From the NCBI GenBank assembly GCA_013151635.1, contig JAADHV010000074.1, positions 36,959-100,958 of the forward strand: 64,000 nt of DNA. The letters are read 5' to 3'. The position numbers were made by a program, and so were the translations under genes. Below the pieces are notes generated by a model. The model had not been told where the DNA came from. It did no database searches and worked only from the letters and a program-made list of their open reading frames with translations. The stretch comes from Deltaproteobacteria bacterium (GTDB lineage Bacteria; Desulfobacterota; Desulfobacteria; Desulfobacterales; Desulfobacteraceae). Of this stretch, positions 1 through 11,124 are shown piece after piece; within the stretch, counting starts at the first letter, position 1, and each line of letters opens with the position of its first letter.

Positions 1-362
1 GCCTTTGCCGCCATCAATGCCTGCAGGGCTGAAAATACCAGAGTCACGTTTGTTTTGATTCCTTCGTCAGAAAGGGTTTTTACAGCTTTTAACCCTTCAA
101 CCGTCATTGGGATTTTAACCGCAATATTATCAGCAATTTTTGCCAGATCACGGGCTTCTTTTACCATGCCGTCATATTCAAGGCTTATAACTTCAGCACT
201 TACAGGGCCTTTTACTATTTTACAAATATCAGCGATGATCTCTTTAAACTCACCGTCTTCTTTTGCAATCAAAGAAGGGTTGGTTGTTACACCGTCCACC
301 ATGCCCATATTATTGGCATCCTTGATCTGGTCAATATTTGCAGTGTCTATAAAAAATTTCAA
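1..362 (-). CDS. tal: Transaldolase / fructose-6-phosphate aldolase (short type 3B), 5' part only; runs off the left edge
   Basis: Minus-strand translation gives (L/M)[34 protein letters not shown]...[19 protein letters not shown], the typical short transaldolase N-terminus. TTG start at 362 is preceded by GGAGG. Confidence 0.85.
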   Translation of the reverse strand, partial: MKFFIDTANIDQIKDANNMGMVDGVTTNPSLIAKEDGEFKEIIADICKIVKGPVSAEVISLEYDGMVKEARDLAKIADNIAVKIPMTVEGLKAVKTLSDEGIKTNVTLVFSALQALMAAK

Positions 363-363
363 T

Positions 364-912
364 TTAATCCTCCTCGTCCAGAAGCAGGACCTTCTGGGCT
401 TCTTGTTTTTCTATTTTTTTTTGTAATTCATCTGATCTTAATTTTAAGACCGGATGAATTACATTAGCTCCTATATCACAAATAGGTATTAATACAAAAC
501 ACCTTTCGTGCATCCTTGGGTGTGGTATTTCAAGAACCGGGGTTTTAAGAACCAGATCATCATAATAAACAATATCAAGATCAATAATCCTTGGACCGAA
601 CCTGAAGTGTTTCCCTTCCTTATCCAGATCATTTTCCAAACCCTTTAAGGTATTTAAAAGTTCATCTGGTTTTAAAATGGTTGTTATTTTCAAAGCTGCA
701 TTTACGAACCAGTCCTGGTCTGTAAAATTCTGGGGCTCTGTTTTATAAAAGTGTGACACCTTAATCACATGGAGTCTTTCTTGACCGCGCAAAAGGGTGA
801 TAGCGTTTTCAAGGTTCTTTTTCTTGTTCCCGATATTGGAGCCGATACTTAAATAAGCAATATGCTGGTCTATTTTATTTATACTCAAATTGAACCGTCT
901 TTGAATACTCAC
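364..912 (-). CDS. folK: 2-amino-4-hydroxy-6-hydroxymethyldihydropteridine pyrophosphokinase
   Basis: [10 protein letters not shown] ... [12 protein letters not shown] ... [15 protein letters not shown] are HPPK signatures. The start is uncertain: GTG at 912 or TTG at 888. Confidence 0.85.
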   Translation of the reverse strand: MSIQRRFNLSINKIDQHIAYLSIGSNIGNKKKNLENAITLLRGQERLHVIKVSHFYKTEPQNFTDQDWFVNAALKITTILKPDELLNTLKGLENDLDKEGKHFRFGPRIIDLDIVYYDDLVLKTPVLEIPHPRMHERCFVLIPICDIGANVIHPVLKLRSDELQKKIEKQEAQKVLLLDEED

Positions 913-1309
913 TTTTCATATCATCATTACCTATGGCCCTTATCCTGAAATAATATTTAAACCCTTTTTCTATGGGAGTTGAGAATTTCATTGCAGGCAT
1001 GGAAACAAAACCTTTTTTCTTAAATTCAAAAGGACACCCTGTACAGCTTTCAAAAGTTTTTTTAGCCATAAATATCTCAAAACCTTCTGGTTTTACAAAA
1101 GCCGTCTCAGGATCAATCCTGTGGTCCCATGAAAGGCTGATTTCCTTATCACCGGAACTATATTTCAAGTCGAAAGGAGCCGCGATTCTCAAGCCTTTTA
1201 TTTCAGGGGGGGTTGGAGGGCCTTTTTTCCCGCAGCCCGAAAAAGAAAAAAGGATGATACCGCAAATCACCGATAATAAAAGGATCATGATTTTATTATT
1301 TCTCATCAT
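875..1309 (-). CDS. Lipoprotein with an LptM/YifL-like lipobox and a beta-rich C-terminal domain; function unknown
   Basis: Signal peptide plus lipobox FSGC followed by GKKGPPTPPE. The start overlaps the argH stop. Confidence 0.7.
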   Translation of the reverse strand: MMRNNKIMILLLSVICGIILFSFSGCGKKGPPTPPEIKGLRIAAPFDLKYSSGDKEISLSWDHRIDPETAFVKPEGFEIFMAKKTFESCTGCPFEFKKKGFVSMPAMKFSTPIEKGFKYYFRIRAIGNDDMKSEYSKTVQFEYK

Positions 1310-2700
1310 AAACCAAGCTCCCCGGCAGCTTTGGCTACTGCATTCTTAACATTATCAAAACTTGTTCCCCCGTAAGAGATCCGTCTTGAAATCATTTTAT
1401 CAATAGTAATAAACCCGTAGACATCCTCTTCAATAAGTTCACTTAAATCCTTGAACTCTTCAATACTAAGATCATTTAATTCTTTTTTCATGTTCAAGGC
1501 ACAGGCAACCGCCCTTCCTGCCACAGCGTGGGCATTCCTGAATGCCATGCCCTTTGAAACCAGGTAATCTGCAAGATCGGTTGCATTTAAAAATCCATGT
1601 TTGCAGGCATCATACATCCTGTCTTTATGGATCTTGATGTTTTCAAGCATCCTTGTATAAACACTGGTACAGATTTTCAATGTATCCACAGTATCAAATA
1701 AAGGTTCCTTGTCTTCCTGCATATCCTTATTATATGCAAGCGGTAAAGATTTCATAAGGGTCAGGATGGATACAAGGTTGCCTATCACTCTTCCTGCCTT
1801 GCCCCTTACAAGCTCTGCCACGTCAGGGTTCTTTTTCTGGGGCATGATGCTTGATCCTGTGGTAAAAGAATCTGAAATCGTAATAAAAGAAAATTCAGAA
1901 GTTGACCAGAGAATCAATTCTTCGGAAAGTCTTGAAAAATGTATCATGGCAATGGAGGCATGGGAGATAAACTCCATGACGAAATCCCTGTCAGACACTG
2001 AATCAATGCTGTTATCAGATACTTTTGCAAATGAGAGGACTTCTCTTGTAAATTCACGGTTAACAGGGTAGGTGGTCCCTGCAAGGGCCGCAGTTCCAAG
2101 AGGCATGACATCAATCCTTTTCAAACAGTCTTCAAACCTTTCAATGTCCCGTTTGAACATTTCATAATAGGCCATCAGGTGATGGGAAAAAAGCACAGGC
2201 TGTGCCCTTTGAAGATGGGTATATCCGGGCATTATAACATCAAGGTGGCTTTTTGCCATCCTTACAAGGGATTTTTGGAATCCGTACAAAAGCTCAATAA
2301 TGATTCTTGTCTCTTTTTTAAGATAAATCCTGACATCAAGAGCAACCTGATCATTACGGCTTCTGCCGGTGTGAAGTTTTCTTGCAACATCCCCGCTGAC
2401 CTTCCCAAGGGCGTCTTCAATATGCATATGAATGTCTTCAAGGCTTGCTGAAAAAAGGATTTCATTGTTCTCAATTTTCTTTTTTACTTTTAAAAGTCCC
2501 TTAATAAGGGTGTCTGCATCATCCCTTGTAATGATAGATTCTTTAGCCATCATTTTCAAGTGGGCAATGCTTCCTTCAATGTCACTTTCAAAAAGCCGTT
2601 TGTCAACATCTATGGATGCATTAAATTTTTCAACAAGTTCATCTGTATTCCGGGAAAATCTTCCCCCCCAGAGTTTTTTATTCCCAACTCTTTCATTCAT
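1306..2700 (-). CDS. argH: Argininosuccinate lyase
   Basis: 464 aa. WGGRFS N-terminus and the GSSIMPQKKNPD fumarate-lyase signature. Confidence 0.97.
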   Translation of the reverse strand: MNERVGNKKLWGGRFSRNTDELVEKFNASIDVDKRLFESDIEGSIAHLKMMAKESIITRDDADTLIKGLLKVKKKIENNEILFSASLEDIHMHIEDALGKVSGDVARKLHTGRSRNDQVALDVRIYLKKETRIIIELLYGFQKSLVRMAKSHLDVIMPGYTHLQRAQPVLFSHHLMAYYEMFKRDIERFEDCLKRIDVMPLGTAALAGTTYPVNREFTREVLSFAKVSDNSIDSVSDRDFVMEFISHASIAMIHFSRLSEELILWSTSEFSFITISDSFTTGSSIMPQKKNPDVAELVRGKAGRVIGNLVSILTLMKSLPLAYNKDMQEDKEPLFDTVDTLKICTSVYTRMLENIKIHKDRMYDACKHGFLNATDLADYLVSKGMAFRNAHAVAGRAVACALNMKKELNDLSIEEFKDLSELIEEDVYGFITIDKMISRRISYGGTSFDNVKNAVAKAAGELGL

Positions 2701-2755
2701 TGCCTGTTGAGTTCCTTTTTTGACAGTCTTTTAAAAACGATCACAGACTTATAAA

Positions 2756-3676
2756 CTATTTATCTGCCAATATCAAACTTTCCAGAATGGCCTTATGCAT
2801 GTGTCTTTTATTTTCTGCCTGATCCCAGAACACACTGTTTTTATTTTCAAAAACATCTTCTGAAATTTCTTCACCCCTGTGGGCAGGCAGGCAGTGCATT
2901 ACAAGGACATCATCCTTTGCCCCGGATAAAAGCTCTTGATTTACCTGGAACCCTTCAAAGGAAATAATCCGTTTGGACAATTCATCTTCATCTCCCATGC
3001 TGGCCCAGACATCCGTGTACACGACATCAGCATTTTTCACAGCCTCTTTAGGGTCGTTTGTCAATATAATATTGCTTTTTTCCTTTACCGATGCTGCCGC
3101 AATAATTTGAGAATCCACAGCATAATCATCCGGGCAGGCGACAATAAGATCAAGGCCAAGAACACTTGCTGCATTGATCCAGGAATTTACCACATTATTC
3201 CCGTCACCCACCCATGCTATTTTAATTCCTTTATACCTGTTCTTATGTTCAATAACGGTCATGATGTCACTCAATATCTGGCAGGGGTGAAAAGAATCTG
3301 TAAGTGCGTTTATCACGGGTATGGTGGAACTTTTAGCAAATTCTTCCACAAGAGAATGATCAAATGTTCTCATGGCAAGGCAGTCAATATATCTTGAAAG
3401 GACCCTTGCCGTGTCCCTGGCCGGTTCATTCCTTGAAATCTGGGTATCCTGTGTACTCATGTAAATAGGATGGCCGCCAAGCTGGATCATTGCAGTTTCA
3501 AATGCCACCCTTGTCCGGGTGGATTTTTTGTCAAAAATCAATCCTAAGGTCTTTCCCGGCAATAATTTATCAAAAATTCCCCTGGCATATCTTTCCTTTA
3601 GCTTAATTGCCCTTGCAAAAAGGTTTTCAAAATCATCTTTTTCAAGGTCCAGAAGAGATAACAAATCTTTTTTCAA
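2756..3676 (-). CDS. argF: Ornithine carbamoyltransferase
   Basis: STRTR carbamoyl-phosphate motif, HPCQ, and HCLPAHRGEE. Confidence 0.95.
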   Translation of the reverse strand: MKKDLLSLLDLEKDDFENLFARAIKLKERYARGIFDKLLPGKTLGLIFDKKSTRTRVAFETAMIQLGGHPIYMSTQDTQISRNEPARDTARVLSRYIDCLAMRTFDHSLVEEFAKSSTIPVINALTDSFHPCQILSDIMTVIEHKNRYKGIKIAWVGDGNNVVNSWINAASVLGLDLIVACPDDYAVDSQIIAAASVKEKSNIILTNDPKEAVKNADVVYTDVWASMGDEDELSKRIISFEGFQVNQELLSGAKDDVLVMHCLPAHRGEEISEDVFENKNSVFWDQAENKRHMHKAILESLILADK

Positions 3677-3694
3677 AATAATAAATCTCCTAAA

Positions 3695-4867
3695 TTACAA
3701 CAGGCTGTCCAGTTCAGATATGAGCCTGTCAATTTCATTTTCTTTAATGATCAAAGGTGGTGCAAATCTTAAAATTTTATCCTGAATTCCATTTATAATA
3801 AAGCCTTTTTTCAATAATTCTTCAACAAAAAAAGCTGCATCCTTATCAAGTTCCAGTCCGAGCAAAAGGCCTTTTCCCCTTACACCCACAACTCTTGAGT
3901 GTTTCTCTTTAAGTTCTTGAAGTTTGCCTTTAAAATACCGGCCCTTTTGACGCACTTCTTCCAGAAAGCTTTCTTCACCTATAATATTTACAACTTCCAG
4001 TGCCGCTGCCGTGGCAAGCGGTGTTCCTCCAAAGGTCGTGGCATGGCTGCCATAATCAAATCCTGTTGCAGCTCCATCTGTTGCGAGCATCGCACCAATG
4101 GGAAAACCGTTACCAAGTGCTTTTGCAAGGGTCATGATATCCGGTGTCACATCATAAAGTTCATGTGCAAAAAGAGTTCCGCACCTTCCCATTCCGCATT
4201 GAATCTCGTCAAAAATCAATAATATCCCTTTTTGATCACACAAATCCCTTACTGCCTTTAAATACCCGTCATCAGCCGGTATGATACCGCCTTCACCCTG
4301 GACAGGTTCTAACATCACAGCACAGGTTGTTTCATCAATTTCATCTTTTAATGCATCAATACTATTAAAAGGAACAAAGGAGAAACCTTCTAAGAGCGGG
4401 TAAAACCCTTGTTTGATCTTGTCCTGGCCGGTTGCACTCAAAGTGGCCATGGTCCGGCCGTGAAAGGATTGCTCCATGGTAATGATTTTATACCTTTGTT
4501 TCTCCCCGTTTTTTTGAAAATATCTCCTGGCAAGTTTTATGGCAGCTTCATTGGCTTCAGCGCCTGAATTTGCAAAAAACACCCTGTCAGCAAAACTTTT
4601 TTCACATAATTTTGAGGCAAGATCAGCCTGGGGCCTGGTATAAAAAAGGTTGGAGACGTGAACAAGGGTTGCGGCCTGCCTTGCAATAGCCTCAGTGATT
4701 TTCGGATGGCAATGCCCAAGGCTGCATACTGCAATCCCGGCTAAAAAATCCGTATATTTTTTTTTATCTTCATCAAAGAGAAAAACTCCTTCACCACGGA
4801 TAAATGCTTTGCCTTGTCTAAAATAGGTTTGAAATACAAAATCATTAGTTTTTTTTATCGCATCCAC
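3695..4867 (-). CDS. argD: Acetylornithine aminotransferase (class III PLP)
   Basis: 390 aa. FANSGAEANEAAIKLAR, LIFDEIQCGMGR and TLAKALGNG (PLP lysine), within the arg operon. Confidence 0.93.
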   Translation of the reverse strand: MDAIKKTNDFVFQTYFRQGKAFIRGEGVFLFDEDKKKYTDFLAGIAVCSLGHCHPKITEAIARQAATLVHVSNLFYTRPQADLASKLCEKSFADRVFFANSGAEANEAAIKLARRYFQKNGEKQRYKIITMEQSFHGRTMATLSATGQDKIKQGFYPLLEGFSFVPFNSIDALKDEIDETTCAVMLEPVQGEGGIIPADDGYLKAVRDLCDQKGILLIFDEIQCGMGRCGTLFAHELYDVTPDIMTLAKALGNGFPIGAMLATDGAATGFDYGSHATTFGGTPLATAAALEVVNIIGEESFLEEVRQKGRYFKGKLQELKEKHSRVVGVRGKGLLLGLELDKDAAFFVEELLKKGFIINGIQDKILRFAPPLIIKENEIDRLISELDSLL

Positions 4868-4891
4868 TTTTAAACCTCATTTAATTTAGGA

Positions 4892-5770
4892 TCAGTCCTC
4901 AAAAACCTGGGTGCCTATGCCGGAATCGGTAAATAATTCAAGCAACACGGCATGGGGCAGTTTCCCGTTGATAATATGTGACTTTTTCACACCACTTTTC
5001 AATGCTTTTAATGCACATTCCACCTTGGGTATCATCCCGCCCTTAATATGTCCTTTTTCAATCATATCCTTAATAGTAGCAGCATCCATTGAGGAGACAA
5101 GTTTTTTATCCTTACCAAGTACACCATCCACATCTGTTACAAGTATAAGGCGTTCTGCACCAAGCGCGGATGCTATCTTTGATGCAACCACATCAGCATT
5201 GATATTATAGGTTTCACCATTCTTACCGACACCGACAGGTGCAATAATTGGAATAAACCCCCTGTCTGTGAGGGTATGAATGATATCCGGATTAATAGTT
5301 TCCACATCCCCCACCATGCCGGGATCTATAATTTCAGGGGGTTTATTTTCATCCTCGCGAAAGTAAATGGTCAATTTTTCTGCTGTAATCAGCATGCCGT
5401 CTTTTCCTGTTAACCCGACAGCCTTTCCCCCCTGGCGGTTTATCCTTGCAACAATATCCTTGTTGACCTTGCCGCCTAAAACCATTTCAACCACGTCCAT
5501 TATTTCATTATCCGTATATCTCATGCCCCGAATAAACTTAGACGTAATTCCCATGGAATCCAGGACTTTATTGATCTGGGGCCCGCCCCCGTGAACAACA
5601 ACAGGATTTACGCCAATATATTTTAACAATGTGATATCATTGGCAAAGTCCTTTTTCAAACTTTCATCCTTCATGGCATGTCCACCGTATTTCACAACAA
5701 TGGTCTTGCCGGAAAACCTTTTTATATAAGGCAGTGCCTCGATAAGGATGTCAGCAACATTTGTTTTCAT
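4892..5770 (-). CDS. argB: Acetylglutamate kinase
   Basis: [16 protein letters not shown] and YNINAD motifs. The start overlaps the hslU stop by 4 nt. Confidence 0.95.
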   Translation of the reverse strand: MKTNVADILIEALPYIKRFSGKTIVVKYGGHAMKDESLKKDFANDITLLKYIGVNPVVVHGGGPQINKVLDSMGITSKFIRGMRYTDNEIMDVVEMVLGGKVNKDIVARINRQGGKAVGLTGKDGMLITAEKLTIYFREDENKPPEIIDPGMVGDVETINPDIIHTLTDRGFIPIIAPVGVGKNGETYNINADVVASKIASALGAERLILVTDVDGVLGKDKKLVSSMDAATIKDMIEKGHIKGGMIPKVECALKALKSGVKKSHIINGKLPHAVLLELFTDSGIGTQVFED

Positions 5771-7140
5771 AGGATATACCTTGCTAGATCTTCATTTCCC
5801 ACAATGTTCATTAACTGCTCTTCTACAAAAGGGGCATCAATAACTATCTTTTTTTCTTCAATATCAGGTGCTGCAAAAAGAAAATCTTCCAAAAGCTTTT
5901 CCATCAGGGTATGGAGCCTTCTTGCACCGATGTTCTCTGTTGTTGAATTGACATCCACTGCAATGGAGGCAATTTTTCCAACAGCATCTTTTGTAAACTC
6001 AATTTCTATCCCTTCTGTCCTTAAAAGGGCAATGTATTGAAGTATGAGCGCATTTTTAGGTTCAGTCAGGATTCTTGTAAATTCACTGGCCCCCAGTGAA
6101 TTTAGTTCCACCCTTATGGGAAACCTTCCCTGAAGTTCAGGTATCAGGTCAGATGGTTTTGATACATGGAAAGCACCCGAAGCTATAAATAATATGTGGT
6201 CCGTCTTTACTATTCCATATTTGGTCGGCACTGAGCTTCCTTCAACAATGGGCAGAAGATCCCTTTGGACTCCTTCTTTTGAAACTTCCGGGCCCTGGCT
6301 TTTTTCTTTGCCCGCAATTTTATCGATTTCATCAATAAAAATTATCCCTGACTGCTCAACCATGGTGACGGCATCTGTCTTTATCTGGTCCATGTCAACA
6401 AGGTGAGAGGCTTCTTCCTGGGTCACAAGTTTCATGGCCTCTTTAATCTTTACCTTGCGGCGTTTGGTGCTTTTGGGCATCAGGTTCCCCAGCATATCTT
6501 TAACATTGATCCCCATTTCCTCTATACCTGTGTTGGAAAAAATTTCAACAATGGGAGAGGATTTATCTGCCACCTCAAGATCCACCTGCCTTGAATCCAG
6601 TTTCCCGGACCGCAGCATTTTTCTTAATTTCTCCCTTGTGGATGTTTTGGTATGGTTTTGGTCATCCTTTTTAACTGTCTCAACAATATCTATTTCATTT
6701 GAAATGACGACGCCACCCTGTGAAGACGGGGGCAGCAAAACATCCAGGATTCTTTCTTCTGCCGTTCTGGCCGCTTTTTCCTGAACTGCATCCTGCTGTC
6801 TTGCCTTTAAACTATTTACGGTAAGCTCCACAATATCCCTTATCATGGATTCAACATCCCTTCCCACGTATCCAACCTCAGTAAACTTTGAAGCTTCCAC
6901 CTTATAAAACGGGGAATCGGTTAAATTGGCAAGTCTTCTTGCGATCTCTGTCTTTCCAACACCTGTAGGCCCGATCAGGATAATATTTTTCGGGGCAATC
7001 TCCTCTTGAAGGTCTTTATCAAGCTGCCGCCTTCTCCACCTGTTTCTGAGGGCAATGGCAACAGATTTTTTTGCATCATCCTGGCCAATAATATATTTGT
7101 CCAGCTCTTTTACAATCTGTCCTGGTTTTAAATCTTTCAT
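5767..7140 (-). CDS. hslU: ATP-dependent protease ATPase subunit HslU
   Basis: [49 protein letters not shown], and a C-terminus ending DLARYIL. Confidence 0.97.
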   Translation of the reverse strand: MKDLKPGQIVKELDKYIIGQDDAKKSVAIALRNRWRRRQLDKDLQEEIAPKNIILIGPTGVGKTEIARRLANLTDSPFYKVEASKFTEVGYVGRDVESMIRDIVELTVNSLKARQQDAVQEKAARTAEERILDVLLPPSSQGGVVISNEIDIVETVKKDDQNHTKTSTREKLRKMLRSGKLDSRQVDLEVADKSSPIVEIFSNTGIEEMGINVKDMLGNLMPKSTKRRKVKIKEAMKLVTQEEASHLVDMDQIKTDAVTMVEQSGIIFIDEIDKIAGKEKSQGPEVSKEGVQRDLLPIVEGSSVPTKYGIVKTDHILFIASGAFHVSKPSDLIPELQGRFPIRVELNSLGASEFTRILTEPKNALILQYIALLRTEGIEIEFTKDAVGKIASIAVDVNSTTENIGARRLHTLMEKLLEDFLFAAPDIEEKKIVIDAPFVEEQLMNIVGNEDLARYIL

Positions 7141-7156
7141 TTTCTTTGTTTTCTTT

Positions 7157-7699
7157 CTATTTAAATTCTTCCACAGTCGTATAATGATTTGTATAAATAC
7201 ACAAATCAGCCGCTATCTTCATTGCTTTTTCCACAATCTCTCTTGGACCCAAATCAGTATTTTCAAGCAGGGCAATTGCGGCAGACTGTGCAGCAGTGCT
7301 GCCGGAACCTATACTTATGACCCCATCATCAGGCTCTATCACATCCCCGTTGCCGGATAATAAATAAGTGTTTTCCCTGTCTGCTGCAATCATCATTGCT
7401 TCAAGTCGTCTTAAATACTTATCCGTTCTCCAGTCACGGGCAAGCTCCACAGATGCCCTGGTCAAACTGCCGTTGTACCTTTCCAGTTTTTTTTCAAGTT
7501 TTTCAGACAGTGTCAAAGCATCTGCCGTGGCACCTGCAAACCCTGTAATAATCTTATCGTTATAAATTCTTCTGACCTTCTTTGCCTTATGTTTTGTGAC
7601 GATACTTCCCAACGTCACCTGCCCGTCTCCTGCTACAACAACAGAACCTTTATGTCTTAAAGCAAGAATAGTTGTCCCGTGAAATGTCTCATAACTCAT
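7157..7699 (-). CDS. hslV: ATP-dependent protease subunit HslV
   Basis: [18 protein letters not shown] places the catalytic Thr after the propeptide. I chose ATG 7699, which is preceded by AAAGGTGA. The longer ORF starting at 7744 would overlap xerC. Confidence 0.93.
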   Translation of the reverse strand: MSYETFHGTTILALRHKGSVVVAGDGQVTLGSIVTKHKAKKVRRIYNDKIITGFAGATADALTLSEKLEKKLERYNGSLTRASVELARDWRTDKYLRRLEAMMIAADRENTYLLSGNGDVIEPDDGVISIGSGSTAAQSAAIALLENTDLGPREIVEKAMKIAADLCIYTNHYTTVEEFK

Positions 7700-7718
7700 T
7701 TTTTTATCACCTTTATTG

Positions 7719-8621
7719 TCAGCTTCTTGGGTGTGCCTTGTCATATACCTTCATTAGCCTGTCCATACTCACATGGGTATAGACCTGGGTTGTGGAGAGA
7801 CTTGCATGGCCAAGGATCTCCTGAATTCCCCTTAAGTTCGCACCCGAATCCAGCATGTGCGTTGCAAAGGAGTGACGCAGGGTATGGGGTGAAACCGGCA
7901 GGTTCAACCCGCATTCCATTACTATTTTATCAAGAATCCGCCGGATGGACCGGGAACTTAGTCTTGAAAAATTTTTATTCACAAAAACCGGTATAAAATT
8001 TTCTTTCAAGACAATCCTGTACTCTTTTACAGCATTCAGGGCTCTTTTGCCAACCGGCACAAATCTCTCTTTGGAACCTTTCCCTAAGACTCTAATCATT
8101 TGGCTTTTAAAGTCAATGTCATCAATGTTCAGACCTTCTATTTCCGATACCCGCATGCCTGTAGAGTAAAATGTTTCAAACATTGCAAGATTCCTTTTAT
8201 TAAACCAGGTATCTGCTTTTATGGAATCTAACAGATAAAACAGGTCATCAATCCCCAAAAATCCGGGTATGGTTTTTTCAAGCTTTGGAAAAGGCACCAT
8301 ATCTGCCGGATTGACCCTGATCTGTCCTGATTTGACAAGATAATCAAAAAATGCTTTAAGAGAAGATAATTTTCTTGCTACGGTCCTCTTGGTAATTTTG
8401 GATCTCACAAGAAGGGCAAGATAATTCCTTACGGAATTTTTATCAATTGTGTTTACCTGCTGCAAAAATTTTTTTTGACATTCAATATCATTAATATCTT
8501 CATTTTCATCCTTTAAAAAAAAACGGATAAAACTTGAGACATCAGATCGATATGCCCGGCTTGTATGGGGAGAATACCCTTTTTCCGCCAGAAGTGTATC
8601 AATAAAAGCATCAAGAACCAT
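7719..8621 (-). CDS. xerC: Tyrosine recombinase XerC (chromosome dimer resolution)
   Basis: 300 aa. Catalytic residues are in ...[12 protein letters not shown]...GH...Y. The xerC-hslV-hslU synteny is the classical arrangement. Confidence 0.88.
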   Translation of the reverse strand: MVLDAFIDTLLAEKGYSPHTSRAYRSDVSSFIRFFLKDENEDINDIECQKKFLQQVNTIDKNSVRNYLALLVRSKITKRTVARKLSSLKAFFDYLVKSGQIRVNPADMVPFPKLEKTIPGFLGIDDLFYLLDSIKADTWFNKRNLAMFETFYSTGMRVSEIEGLNIDDIDFKSQMIRVLGKGSKERFVPVGKRALNAVKEYRIVLKENFIPVFVNKNFSRLSSRSIRRILDKIVMECGLNLPVSPHTLRHSFATHMLDSGANLRGIQEILGHASLSTTQVYTHVSMDRLMKVYDKAHPRS

Positions 8622-9225
8622 TGTTCAATCCCGCATATTTTATTACCTTTTTCATATCTTCCCATACCTGGCGCTTGTATTCAGGCTGTTTTAAAAGCAG
8701 GGAAGGATGAAAGGTAGGCATAACTTTAATTCCGCAGAATTCATGAAATTTTCCTTGAATTTTTTCAAAAGGCTGCCTGATATTTAACAAGGATTGGCAG
8801 GCATCTGTTCCAAGGGTAATGATGACTTTAGGAGAGACTGATTTTATCTTCTTGCGGACAGACTCCGGGGCTGCCGCATTACAGATAAATACGGCATCCG
8901 GAGTCAGGTTCATGGCCATAAGAATCTTAGTGAGCAGCTTGCCGCTGTCTCCCTTAAAAAAACCTGTCTCACTGTCTAAAATAAAAACAGGGGCGTTTTC
9001 AGGCCCTTCATGCAAAAAAGCCTGCCTGGCATTAATTTTCCCCCCCCAGTTATTTATAATATCCTGAGATTTTTCTGAAATACCAGGAAAAATATTTCCT
9101 GTTTCTTTCTGGCATGCAAGATATTGTGAGAAGTCCCTGACAATCCGGATAAATTCATTTTTAATTGAACCCGGATCGTTTTGAACATTTGAACCCATTT
9201 TAGCGCTACCCCATTTTTTATACAC
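8611..9225 (-). CDS. Uracil-DNA glycosylase superfamily protein (family-4-like, atypical motif A)
   Basis: The C-terminal HPSLLLKQP motif and overall layout fit the UDG superfamily. Motif A reads HEGPENAPVFILDSE rather than GEGP...GExPG, and I see no CxxC Fe-S motif. Confidence 0.6.
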   Translation of the reverse strand: MYKKWGSAKMGSNVQNDPGSIKNEFIRIVRDFSQYLACQKETGNIFPGISEKSQDIINNWGGKINARQAFLHEGPENAPVFILDSETGFFKGDSGKLLTKILMAMNLTPDAVFICNAAAPESVRKKIKSVSPKVIITLGTDACQSLLNIRQPFEKIQGKFHEFCGIKVMPTFHPSLLLKQPEYKRQVWEDMKKVIKYAGLNNGS

Positions 9226-9230
9226 TTTCT

Positions 9231-9359
9231 ATAGTTCTCTTCAGAATAAAGATAATTACAATATTTTAACAAATGGGATGCAACAGGATTTTCCAGCCTT
9301 TGCCCATCTTCTTCAATAACTGACCAGTCCCGCAAATAAAACTTTTTTCCTTTCCGAAC
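9231..9359 (-). pseudogene. Remnant of the C-terminal part of a COG1373-type AAA+/DUF4143 ATPase
   Basis: Translation VRKGKKFYLRDWSVIEEDGQRLENPVASHLLKYCNYLYSEENY recalls, from memory, the DUF4143 signature (..Y.wDwS......g.rfENlVa.hLLK). It is bounded upstream by an in-frame TAG and has no N-terminal ATPase part. Confidence 0.35.
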
Positions 9360-9418
9360 CTATGCAATTTTTTGGACTGGTACGGCGGAATTATGTATAT
9401 TGTATATCTGTCTGACGT

Positions 9419-10621
9419 TTATTCAGCCCTTTTTTTAATGATCTGGTCCATCAGGGTATCGGCCACTTTGCTCTTGTCCATTAAAGGAATATCAAAGAAC
9501 GAACCGTCTTTGAAAAACAGTTTTACCTTGTTTGTATCTGCCTTGAACCCTGAATCAGAGGTCCCCACAAGGTTGGCTGCTATAATATCAAGGTTCTTTT
9601 TTTTCATTTTTAATAATGCATTTTTTTCAAGATCGTCTGTTTCTGCTGCAAATCCAACCAGGAACTGATCTTTTGTTTTCTTTTTGCCAATGAGCTTTAA
9701 GATATCAGTATTTTCAGTCATCAGAATGGAAAAATCTTTTGTACTATCTTTTTTCTTTATCTTATGTGTTTTTGGGTTGACAGGCTTATAATCAGCTACT
9801 GCCGCGACCTTGATAATAATATCTGCCGATTCAAGCCTGGCAAGCATTTGACTTGCCATCTCTTCGCAGGTCTCCACATCAATGCGCTCGACACCGGCTG
9901 GAGTTTTAAGGCCGACAGGGCCGGACACCAGCGTAACACAGCCCCCTCTTTTCTCTGCTGCCCCGGCAATGGCATACCCCATTTTACCGGATGAATGATT
10001 ACTGACAAACCGGACAGGATCAATAGCTTCCAAAGTTGGACCGGCTGAGATCAGAATTTTTTTGTTCCTTAAATCCTTTTTGGTTAACATTGCCTCAACC
10101 CTGTCAAAAATAAACCAGGGTTCAGGCAGCCTTCCTGCCCCTGTTGTTTTGCAGGCAAGAACACCCGAATCAGGATCAAGAATAAAAAATCCGTCCTTTT
10201 CAAGTATATCAATGTTTTCCTGCACCCTTATATTTTGATACATATAGGTATTCATGGAAGGGCAGATCATTACAGGACAGGTTACGGCAAGCAATGTGGT
10301 GGACAATGCATCATCTGCAATGCCATTGGCAAGCTTTGCAATGGTATTGGCAGTTGCAGGTGCGATAACGGCAGCATCCGCTCTTGCTGCAAGATCAATA
10401 TGCTTAACAGAAGATTTCGTATCAGAAAACAAATCCGACAGAACAGGGTTTTCAGATAAAACTTCAAAGGTTGTCTTACCGACAAATTTTAAAGCACTGC
10501 CCGTCATTATCACATTTACATTGGCACCGGTCTTTTTAAAAAACCTTAAAAGCTCAACCGCCTTGTACGCAGCGATCCCCCCTGTAACCCCAAGAAGAAT
10601 ATTTTTATTCTGCAGATGCAT
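9419..10621 (-). CDS. coaBC: Bifunctional phosphopantothenoylcysteine decarboxylase / phosphopantothenate-cysteine ligase
   Basis: 400 aa. Flavoprotein N-domain (GVTGGIAAYK) and CoaB domain (ISAGPTLEAIDPVRFVSNHSSGKMG). Confidence 0.95.
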   Translation of the reverse strand: MHLQNKNILLGVTGGIAAYKAVELLRFFKKTGANVNVIMTGSALKFVGKTTFEVLSENPVLSDLFSDTKSSVKHIDLAARADAAVIAPATANTIAKLANGIADDALSTTLLAVTCPVMICPSMNTYMYQNIRVQENIDILEKDGFFILDPDSGVLACKTTGAGRLPEPWFIFDRVEAMLTKKDLRNKKILISAGPTLEAIDPVRFVSNHSSGKMGYAIAGAAEKRGGCVTLVSGPVGLKTPAGVERIDVETCEEMASQMLARLESADIIIKVAAVADYKPVNPKTHKIKKKDSTKDFSILMTENTDILKLIGKKKTKDQFLVGFAAETDDLEKNALLKMKKKNLDIIAANLVGTSDSGFKADTNKVKLFFKDGSFFDIPLMDKSKVADTLMDQIIKKRAE

Positions 10622-11124
10622 TATTCTAAAAGGCTTGACCCGGAAAGCCCGGTTTCCCCTGCAACTGTCGGGGCCACTCCTACCTCAACATAGGTATAGA
10701 GCTGCTCATCGCGAATGGTAATCACAGCCGTCCTGGAAGTTTTCTGAAATACCATAATTGTTGTGCCGGGAGATTTGATCTGGCTTATGACATTCCAATT
10801 GTCTTTTTGCATATTATTACTGAAAAAATTAAACAGGGACCGCCTTTCCACTCTTCCTTTCAGGGTAATGATCCCTGAAGTAAATCCCGGCGTTGATATA
10901 ACAACAGTTCTGTCCTTTACAACTTTTAATTCCATGGGAATCAAAATATCTTCAAAATCATAATAAACAGCCGTGGTTTTCCTGGACTTTGACTGAATCC
11001 CGGATGTCTGACCTTGCTCAGGATTTTTTAAAAACGTATCACCAAGACACCCGGAAACAAAAAATGCCAGCAATACAATTGCCAATATATTCACCAAAGA
11101 TTTAATACTATATCCCTGTTTCAT
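10621..11124 (-). CDS. Lipoprotein of unknown function
   Basis: MKQGYSIKSLVNILAIVLLAFFVSGC carries a lipobox. ATG 11124 is preceded by AGGGGGAAAG. The stop abuts the coaBC start. Confidence 0.7.
   Translation of the reverse strand: MKQGYSIKSLVNILAIVLLAFFVSGCLGDTFLKNPEQGQTSGIQSKSRKTTAVYYDFEDILIPMELKVVKDRTVVISTPGFTSGIITLKGRVERRSLFNFFSNNMQKDNWNVISQIKSPGTTIMVFQKTSRTAVITIRDEQLYTYVEVGVAPTVAGETGLSGSSLLE

Noticed and set aside
7719-8621. Tyrosine recombinase considered as the integrase of a mobile element
   Set aside because: The xerC-hslV-hslU synteny is conserved. The adjacent genes are core metabolism. I saw no flanking direct repeats, tRNA target or cargo genes. It is therefore housekeeping XerC.
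9054-9335. 93-aa ORF listed in the six-frame track
   Set aside because: It overlaps the 5' end of the UDG gene in another frame and starts with TTG without an RBS. Its only protein-like part is better explained as a DUF4143 gene remnant.
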